DNA of 20,000 nucleotides from an uncultured virus (IMG/VR IMGVR_UViG_2061766007_001169) (lineage: Duplodnaviria > Heunggongvirae > Uroviricota > Caudoviricetes): the IMG/VR virus record IMGVR_UViG_2061766007_001169; one strand, 5' to 3'. Positions 9,902-17,944 of this stretch are shown piece by piece. The notes below the pieces were generated by a model. That model was not told where the DNA came from. It did not search any database and was given only the letters and a program-made list of their open reading frames with translations. Position 1 is the first letter of the stretch. Each line of letters starts with the position of its first letter. A program made the translations under genes and the position numbers.

Positions 9902-10777
9902 ATGGCTTTGAAANNNNNNNNNNCTGGGGTACGGACGGTCTGTGGAGGTTCAATGAATCTGAACCGGACGCCAACACCTGCACGGTGGATTCTTCCGGGA
10001 ATGGCAGGGACGCCTACATCAACAACTGGAGCGGCACGACCGCCGCATTCAAAAAAGGGCATCTCGGTAACTACTTTCAGATGAATACCAGCAGTCCGTC
10101 CTCCGAAAAAACGTACCTCAGAGCCACCAACGACGGCACGATGTTCTCGGATATCGGCGACCGGATCATTGTCGGCGGGTGGTTCAAACCCACCACCTAN
10201 NNNNNNNNNTAGCAGTCCGTCCTCCGAAAAGACGTACCTCAGAGCCGCCAACGACGGAACGATGTTCTCGGATATCGGAGACAGGATCATCGTCGGCGGG
10301 TGGTTTAAACCGACAACCTATTCGCTCGGCAACGCCTATTCCCCTCTTCTTTCCACTCGCGGCGGAACCGGGCAGCCCATCTTCTATCTGTCCCTGCTTC
10401 GCGGCAAACCGAGAATCTCACTTTACAATGCCTCCGGCTCATTGATTCTCGATTTCTCGGTCACGCCGTCCTTTTCCCTTGTTGTTGACCATTGGTACTT
10501 TCTTACGGCGGTGATAGAGCCGGATAACCAAAAGGCGTGGTATGTGGTCGGTGATAGAAATTCCGGCGAGGTATGGATCTCCTCTGCGCTCACTATCAAC
10601 GGGACGCTGAACCGCTCCTGTACAGCAGACCTTGTCTGGGGAATNNNNNNNNNNGGATAATCAGAAAGCCTGGTATGTGGTCGGCGACAGGGAAAGCGGC
10701 GAGGTGTGGACTTCCTCCGCACTTACCATCAACGGGACCCTGAACCGCTCCTGTACAGCAGACCTTGTCTGGGGAAT
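9902..10777 (+). CDS. Tail tip protein LamG domain, further allele fragments (9902-9913, 9924-10199, 10210-10644, 10655-10777)
   Basis: Same motifs as the other copies with synonymous and non-synonymous differences; each piece is bounded by 10-N gaps. Confidence 0.82.
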
Positions 10778-10787
10778 NNNNNNNNNN

Positions 10788-11536
10788 GGTCTATGGGGAT
10801 TGCCACAAGAATTACAACTGAAAACCGTATGCCGGACCTTACCAACAACACGGTCAAAATGCCGGGACACGAGGGTGTTTTCGACTTCGGGGAGACCATC
10901 GGTGAAAGGAAGATACAGATATCCTGTTTCATCCCTCCCGGCATGAGCGATGCGGACTTCCTCGATCTGAAGGACAGTATCATTGCGTGGCTCAATCCCG
11001 ACAACGGGCTGTGTCCGCTGATACTCGACAAGGAACCTGGGCGGGTGTATTCCGCACGGCTTAATGAGGGCTTTTCCTTTGACAAGGCAGTGCGGAATTC
11101 CTGCACCTTTGACCTGACATTCTTATGTCCCGATCCGTATGCCTATGCCGCCACGGACGAGACATACGATATCGGGAGCGTGGGAACGCATACGGTTTCC
11201 CGCTCCCTTGGGAACGCTTACTCCCTGCCGGTGTACTCGCTGACGGGAGTGATCCCTTCCGGCACGGACACATACATCACGATAACCACGAATGACAGCG
11301 AGTTGAAGATCGTAGGGAAACTTTCTGCCGGGGAAACACTGATCATCGACTCGTCTCTCATGACGGCAAAGGTGGTGGACACAAACGGCGATACGCTCCG
11401 GAACGGTCTGCCGCTTTTGTCGGAACTAAATTTTCCTGCTTTGGATGTGGGAGCAAATACGGTCACGGTGGCGGTTTCCGGCAGTACGGTGACCTTTACG
11501 GAACTTCAAATATCGGCGAGGAGCCGCTGGAGGTGA
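10788..11536 (+). CDS. Dit, near-complete allele (lacks first ~11 codons)
   Basis: SMGIATRITTENRMPD...FLCPDPYAYA...ISARSRWR-stop in one uninterrupted frame. Confidence 0.9.
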
Positions 11537-11542
11537 TTTTGT

Positions 11543-14180
11543 ATGGCTTTAAAAAATACGATGAACACACAGGATGCCTTTACCGGGCAATTCCCCACAT
11601 CGTGGGGAAAGGACGGACTGTGGCGCTTCAATGAATCTGAACCGGATGCGAACACCTGCACGGCGGANNNNNNNNNNAGGGCAGGTGCCTTCCTCCTGGG
11701 GAAAGGACGGCCTGTGGAGGTTTAACGAATCCGAGCCTGACGAAAACACCTGCACAGCAGACTCCTCCGGCAACGGACGCGACGCTTACATCAACAAGTG
11801 GAGCGGTACGACCGCCGATTTCAAGACGGGGCATCTCGGTAATTATTTTCAGATGAACATCAACAATCCGTCCTCGGAGCAGACCTATCTGCGTGTATCC
11901 AATGACGGCACGATGTTCTCGGATATCGGTGAGCGGATCATCGTGGGCGGCTGGATGAAACCTACCACCTATTCCGTGGGCAACACATACACGCCGCTTT
12001 TATCCACGAGAGCGGGAACGGGCAATCCGATCTTTTACCTGTCCCTTATCCGTGGAAAGCCGAGACTGATGCTATACAATTCCTCCGGCAGCCTGATTCT
12101 TGATACCTCGGTCACGCCGTCCTTTTCACTTACCAACGGCAACTGGTACTTCATTGCCGCGGTGATAGAGCCGGACAATCAGAAAGCTTGGTACGTGGTC
12201 GGCGACAGGGCGTCCGGCACGGTATGGACATCCTCTGCGCTTACGATAAGCGGAACGCTGAACCGCTCCTGCACGGCAGACCTCGTCTGGGGAATGCTGA
12301 ACACTTCCTACTGGTACGCAGGCGGCTTTGACGACTGGTTCCTGGACTGCGATTCGGATCTGACTACTGACGATATCGCCGAGTGGTTTTTGAAATCCCT
12401 CTCTGCCAATGGCGCGGACACGGATTCCGATGTGGACGGTCTGACCGCAGAAGATACGGTCATGCTCAAAGGGGCGGGCGGTGTCTATGCTGAAAGCGGT
12501 GTGCTTATCACAGCCTCCACGGAGTGTGGGATAGCAGGAACGGGCAGAGTTTCCGTCAAGGCGGAGACGTCTCCGGGCGTGACGTCCGTTTCACTGGTCG
12601 AGACATCGACCTCGGATGATCTCGCCACCTGGACGGACTGGATTTCCCTCGGCACGGGCGGGGCATTGCAGTCCCCGTCAAAAAAGTACATCCGGTACCG
12701 CATCACGCTTGCCACCACGAATACGGCAAGGACGCCTGTGCTGACGGCGATAAGCCTGTACGACAATCCGAAACCGCTTTATTCGCAGCTTGGCTATGCA
12801 CGTCCCGTTATCCTTGGAGATGATGATAGCGCCGAGGCTGTGCTTGAGAACGCCTACGACATCATTGTCACCAGCGAGATCAACGGCATCGACACGCTGG
12901 AATTCAAGCTGCCCTTCAAGGACAGTAAGCGTGAGTACGTAGAGAACGAAAAGCAGGTGCGCATCGTATCCGACACCTACCGCATCCGTACCGTCACGGA
13001 TGATAAGGACGAGAGCGGCAAGGCGATCACTTCCGTATATGCGGAGGCGGCGTTCTATGACCTGTCCTTCTCCGCCAAGAAGGAAGAAAACACCTTCACG
13101 GCGGATACCGCTGATGTTCCGATGGCGTATGCCCTGCAGGGCACGGAATGGGAAGTCGGCGTGGTCAATGTCAGCACCAAGAGGACATGGACATCGACCG
13201 AGGACAATGCGCTCTCCATTCTCCGCCATGTGCAGAACATCCACGGCGGCGACCTGATCTTTGATAATGCCAACAAGCTCGTAAACCTGCTGACATTCTC
13301 CGGCACGGACTCTGGGGCGCTGTTCTGCTACAAGAAAAACATGAAGTCCATCCAGAGGGTGATCGACACCACGAGCCTTATCACGAGGCTCTACGCTGTC
13401 GGTGCGGACGGCATGACCTTCGCCTCCATCAATGACGGCAAGCCGTATGTGGAGGACTTCACCTATACGAGCGAGATACGCATCAAAACGCTGGACTGCT
13501 CCAATTTCACGAACCCTTATCAGATGCTGGAGTTTGCCAATATGCGCCTTGCGGACTACGCGGCGCCGCGAATTTCCTATGTTCTGAAAGCGATGGATCT
13601 GACCGTGCTGACGGGCTATGAGCATGAGGCGTGGAACCTTGGCGATACGGTCATGGTGGTGGATGAGGATTTAGACCTTTCCATCAAGACGAGGATCGTC
13701 CGAAGGGAGTATAACCTGCAGGAGCCCTGGAACACGGTACTGGAACTTTCCACCACGCTTCGTGAACTTGGCGATTCCACGTCTCAGTGGGATGCTGCCG
13801 CAGATGTCCTTGAGGGCGCGAACTACATCGACAACCAACAGCTGCAGAACTTTGTGCCGTTCAACCATCTGAAAAACTCCCGCGCCGACTCCAATTTCAG
13901 TTACTGGACAAATTCTGGCTTTGAGGTTGATGGGGATAACGGCGTGACTGGCACGGCCTCCTTCAAGTGCGAGGGTGCGTACAACGCCACCAAGTACATG
14001 GAGCAGACCGTCACTCCCTCCAACCGTGACAGCTATACCTTTTCTGCACAGATCGCCACGGAGAACCTCAGTCTCGGCAGCAACGGACAGGTCGGCGTGG
14101 AGATCGTGATCGAGTATGAGGACGGCAGCACGGAAACGAGGACGATAGACCTTATATCCTCGTCAGATACGGAGGTGTGA
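11543..14180 (+). CDS. Tail tip/spike protein: N-terminal LamG domain, Tal/prophage tail endopeptidase-type hub domain, C-terminal partial CBM-like domain
   Basis: RBS GGAGGTG, ATG 11543 (fragment to 11667), then an overlapping allele 11678-14180. Hub motifs: SEINGIDTLEFKLP, GALFCYKKNMKSIQRVIDTTSLITRLYAVG, LGDTVMVVDEDL...RIVRREYNLQEPW...LELS. C-terminal NHLKNSR...W...QTV...YTFSAQI. Confidence 0.9.
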
Positions 14181-14184
14181 CGCT

Positions 14185-14379
14185 ATGGCAAGTTTTACCC
14201 ATGTGCATGGCACGGTGAGTCCCCAGTTCGGCAGGGTCGCAAAGATCACGGTCAGAGTATTTGTCAATGACTGCACGGGGACGGTATACATCACGGATAT
14301 GAATTTGCAGGACGGCTCCCTTGCCTCCGGTTGGGTCGGTCATGTGAGCGAGATAGAGTGGACACAGGACGGTGATTAA
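14185..14379 (+). CDS. Small tail-associated protein (C-terminal half of a CBM-like beta-sandwich)
   Basis: Own RBS GGAGGTG overlapping the spike stop; 64 aa; ITVRV...DCTGTVYITDMNLQDG..ASGW. Confidence 0.75.
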   Translation: MASFTHVHGTVSPQFGRVAKITVRVFVNDCTGTVYITDMNLQDGSLASGWVGHVSEIEWTQDGD

Positions 14380-14943
14380 ATGGCTGATTTTGAACGCTTT
14401 GTAGAGGTTATTTCCAAAAAAGAGGATAAGCGTGTGGTCAATATCACCGTCCGTCCGATTGTCACAGACTGCGAGGGTGATATCTGGTTTACCGACCTTA
14501 TGCTCCAGGAGGGCGATATGCTGTCGGGCTATATGCCTCACACGAAGGGGCTTCTGAAGGAATCGGAGAATGATCCCGTGTGGTTCAACGGCATCGTCCG
14601 CTCGGAGGAAACGGTGATTCTTTTAAACCTCGGCGGCACATCGGCGGGGCTTGATATCCACCTTTATCCGAAACAGGACATGGACGGCGGCACAGTCACG
14701 CTGGCGCAGGGTGTCGGCGGTCAGAAAGCGACCTTCCCGAATTCCATGTATGCCGGGGACGATGTGGCTCTTCTGTCATCCACGCGGGAATGCACGAGGA
14801 ACGGCAGTACGGAAACGAAGTACGGATTCTTCCAGTACAGCGCGGCGTGGGATTCCAAGCACATCGTATCCCTGCCGCAGGGAAAATCCGCACAGCTTTT
14901 ATATTCGATGCAGGAAATGGACGATGGAGGTGAACTGCTCTGA
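14380..14943 (+). CDS. Hypothetical tail-associated protein; N-terminus paralogous to preceding ORF
   Basis: 187-aa ORF directly abutting the upstream stop and overlapping the downstream start; ITVRP..TDCEGDIWFTDLMLQEG..LSGY. Confidence 0.78.
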   Translation: MADFERFVEVISKKEDKRVVNITVRPIVTDCEGDIWFTDLMLQEGDMLSGYMPHTKGLLKESENDPVWFNGIVRSEETVILLNLGGTSAGLDIHLYPKQDMDGGTVTLAQGVGGQKATFPNSMYAGDDVALLSSTRECTRNGSTETKYGFFQYSAAWDSKHIVSLPQGKSAQLLYSMQEMDDGGELL

Positions 14944-17414
14944 TGGACACATTAAAGGGAAAGAAGATCATGGTGTGGACTTTCATGGGCAACACCAGGA
15001 TGTATAACGCTCTCCGTGACTACGGCGACCGCATCAGCCAGATCGGGCTGTTTTCCTTCAAGGTCAGGGCTACCGGGGAGATTTACGAGACGGGCGTTTC
15101 CATATCGTCAATGATGACTTACATCAACCGCTATCCGCATATCAAGTGGCTCTTGACTGTTGCGAATGACGGTACGAACAGCATCTTCCGTGCCTTGCGG
15201 GATAACACCAACGGCGCACAGGATATGTTCCTCTCAGAACTTGTCCGTATCATGGAAAAATACCCGTGGTGTGACGGCATTGATATCGACCTCGAAAAAG
15301 GCGATGGCTATTCCACTCATGCGGCATCCACGCAGATGTTTGCCAATATCTATAACACGGTCAAAGGCTACGACTCCTCGAAGCTGATGAACATCTGCCT
15401 GCCGGGTATGACGAGCGTCAACGGCTCGGTCGGCGGCGAGAACTGGTGCGTGTATGCCGATCTCAACGATTACTGCGATACCGCGTCCATCATGAGCTAC
15501 GGCATGGCGTGGGCAGGCTCCGCGCCAGGACCGGTATCTCCGCGCTCCTGGCTTGAGGGGATTTACAACTATGCATCCCAGGTCATGGATACGGATAAGG
15601 TGTTCCTTGGAATGCCTGCCTACGGCTGGAACTGGCAGATATATGACAAGCCGGAGAACATTGGGAAATCCTATCGCGGCACTTCACAGACCTACTACGC
15701 TGCGCAGAACTGGCTGAAGGGCGTGTATAACTTCACGGATGATCAGCCGCCGCAGCCCTTTATTCCGTTCGTGGGCTACTGGGACGATAACAACAAAGTG
15801 CCGTGGGCGCTCCCTCATGTGTACGACTACATGGAAGGACGGGACGCAGACAGCTACGAGTACCCGCAGATGTCGGGGACATACAACGGCAGGCACTATC
15901 TGACCGCATACGGAAAACAGCAATCGACAGATTTCGATAATATCATCATCGACCATGATGGCGGCAATTACGCCAGCGCATCCGGCATCGTATCCATCGA
16001 GAACGGCATTGCCACGCTCGGTGATGAAGGCTCCGTCACATACCAATTTACCGTCAGTACGGCGGGAACCTACGATGTGGCGGTGCGGCTCTGTTATCCC
16101 TTCTGGGACAAGAACGGCATCTATGTATCACTGGACGGAGCAACCACGCATTTCACGGAAAGTCGCCTGTGGTGGCCGTATTGGAGAACGACCTTCTGGA
16201 CTGCGCTTGCAAGCGGTGTGAGCCTTTCGGCAGGGACGCATACGATAAAGATTTCTGTCGATGTGAAGGGCGTACAGTTTTACGGGTTCCGTGTCTGTTC
16301 ATCCTTTTCGGAAGAGCCATCCGCAGGAGAAGCAACCTATTCCTTTTCCCCACGGCGATTCAAGGGTGTGGAGGGCAGCATGGTCGGACCCGACCGTGGT
16401 TTCCGTCTCACCTTGGAGATGCTCCGTAGAAAGCCCGACTCGGCGCTCGTCTGGTATGAGGACTTTCGTGACTACGGCGTGTTGGAGACAAATTACTGGA
16501 CAGTGTTGTCAGGTTCCTTTACCGTGTGGCGGTCAGATGAATACTCTACGGAGCGCGTCTACTCCCAGCTTGACGGCAAGGGTCAGCTTGCATGGAAGTA
16601 TGACGGCTTTTCGGATATTCACCTCCGGGCAAGGCTGGCATTCCCGGCAAGCGGCAGCGGCAAGGCAGGCATATTCTGCGGTGATCTGTTCTGCTGTCTG
16701 AATTACGATAGTCAGGCGGTAGAACTGTACAACGGCTCTACGCTCCTTGGCAGATACAGTCAGGAGATCACGAGGACGCCGACCGCAGACCTTCGTGACG
16801 ATCCGAATATGTACACGGTGGAGATGCGCATCCGAGGGAATAAGGTGCGTGTCTATTCCGGCTCGTCCTATACGCTGCGGTTTACGGCAACGGTCAGCGG
16901 CTTCTCCGGCGGCTATGCCGGGTATCGTTCTGACAATCGGACGGTCTGCGAACTGATGCGCCTGGGTGACGCCTGGACTTATGAGCCGTATGAGCGGTTC
17001 GATGTGGTCATGCCGGACGGGACGCAGAAATCCTACGGCCGCATCAGCAGGAGCAATTGCACATGGGACAGCGAGTTCCAGGTGTTCACGCTGACTGCCG
17101 ATGTGGAGGAGTCATCCACTCGAAGCGAGGATATCTCGATGGACTACGACTTCTTCCATTCGGATGATATGACTTCGCTTTCCTGTGGCAACGACTACCA
17201 GGCAACTGTTATTCCCGTGGATATCAACATCTGGATATCCCGCCTGTTCCTCGGCGATGCGGACGGTTTCTCCATCCTCTATTACCAGGATGTGGACTCC
17301 CTCGTCTATTGGGCGAACGAGGCGGCCTATCGATGGAATCTCCGGGGGATGTGTATGTGGTCCCTTGGGCAGGAAGATCTGCGGCTATGGGAATGGCTGC
17401 CGAAACAGGTATGA
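14943..17414 (+). CDS. Glycoside hydrolase family 18 protein with large internal insertion (putative tail-associated)
   Basis: Intact DxxDxDxE motif (DGIDIDLE, 15273-15296), IMSYG, GPVSP..WL, KVFLGMPAYGWNW, and terminal LRGMCMWSLGQED; RBS GGAGGTG. Confidence 0.88.
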   Translation: MDTLKGKKIMVWTFMGNTRMYNALRDYGDRISQIGLFSFKVRATGEIYETGVSISSMMTYINRYPHIKWLLTVANDGTNSIFRALRDNTNGAQDMFLSELVRIMEKYPWCDGIDIDLEKGDGYSTHAASTQMFANIYNTVKGYDSSKLMNICLPGMTSVNGSVGGENWCVYADLNDYCDTASIMSYGMAWAGSAPGPVSPRSWLEGIYNYASQVMDTDKVFLGMPAYGWNWQIYDKPENIGKSYRGTSQTYYAAQNWLKGVYNFTDDQPPQPFIPFVGYWDDNNKVPWALPHVYDYMEGRDADSYEYPQMSGTYNGRHYLTAYGKQQSTDFDNIIIDHDGGNYASASGIVSIENGIATLGDEGSVTYQFTVSTAGTYDVAVRLCYPFWDKNGIYVSLDGATTHFTESRLWWPYWRTTFWTALASGVSLSAGTHTIKISVDVKGVQFYGFRVCSSFSEEPSAGEATYSFSPRRFKGVEGSMVGPDRGFRLTLEMLRRKPDSALVWYEDFRDYGVLETNYWTVLSGSFTVWRSDEYSTERVYSQLDGKGQLAWKYDGFSDIHLRARLAFPASGSGKAGIFCGDLFCCLNYDSQAVELYNGSTLLGRYSQEITRTPTADLRDDPNMYTVEMRIRGNKVRVYSGSSYTLRFTATVSGFSGGYAGYRSDNRTVCELMRLGDAWTYEPYERFDVVMPDGTQKSYGRISRSNCTWDSEFQVFTLTADVEESSTRSEDISMDYDFFHSDDMTSLSCGNDYQATVIPVDINIWISRLFLGDADGFSILYYQDVDSLVYWANEAAYRWNLRGMCMWSLGQEDLRLWEWLPKQV

Positions 17415-17452
17415 CGATACAACACAACTGAAAACATTATCTTTCGGAGATC

Positions 17453-17482
17453 AGCGATTGCTTACGGGCAGTCGCTTTTTTT
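17453..17482 (+). terminator. Rho-independent terminator between tail and lysis genes
   Basis: AGCGATTGCT-TACG-GGCAGTCGCT: 10-bp stem with two G-U pairs and a UNCG loop, followed by a T run. Confidence 0.8.
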
Positions 17483-17521
17483 ATACACAAAATTCAACCA
17501 GAGAAAGGAAGGTACAAGCGT

Positions 17522-17944
17522 ATGAAAGAATTCTGGAACACCATTCAACTCATCTTTACGGCAATCGGCGGATGGCTCGGCTACTTCCTCGGCGGCTGTG
17601 ACGGTCTGCTCATCGCTCTTGTGGCGTTCGTAGCAATCGACTACATCACGGGCGTCATGTGCGCTGTGGCGGACAAGAAGCTGTCCAGTGAGGTCGGCTT
17701 CAAGGGTATCTGCCGCAAGGTGCTTATTTTTCTGCTCGTGGGGATTGCCAATATCCTCGATGTGCAGGTCATCGGCACGGGCAGCGTCCTTCGCACTGCG
17801 GTGATCTTCTTCTACATCTCCAACGAGGGCGTATCTCTCACGGAGAATGCCGCGCACCTGGGTCTGCCTATACCGGAAAAGCTGAAAGCGGTGCTGGAGC
17901 AGCTCCATGACCGCGACACCGATGGAAAGGACGGTGACGAGTAA
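17522..17944 (+). CDS. Holin (toxin secretion/phage lysis holin, Phage_holin_4 type)
   Basis: GGWLGYFLGG.DGLL.AL...IDYITGV, LSSEVGFKGI.RKV, FFYISNEGVSL.EN...LGLPIPEKLK; RBS GAAAGGAAGG. Confidence 0.93.
   Translation: MKEFWNTIQLIFTAIGGWLGYFLGGCDGLLIALVAFVAIDYITGVMCAVADKKLSSEVGFKGICRKVLIFLLVGIANILDVQVIGTGSVLRTAVIFFYISNEGVSLTENAAHLGLPIPEKLKAVLEQLHDRDTDGKDGDE

Noticed and set aside
7143..11677. Invertible shufflon of tail cassettes
   Set aside because: All copies are on the same strand, with no flanking inverted recombination sites and no invertase in the window. Boundaries coincide with 10-N gaps.
8631..12330. Diversity-generating retroelement (TR/VR pair) explaining the repeated, variable LamG segments
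   Set aside because: Differences involve all four bases and many are third-position synonymous, not adenine-specific. No reverse transcriptase is present in the window, and the copies are gap-bounded fragments.
14178..14187. Stop-codon readthrough fusing the spike to the 64-aa ORF
   Set aside because: The downstream ATG (14185) is out of frame with the TGA and has its own GGAGGTG RBS; no obvious slippery run is present.
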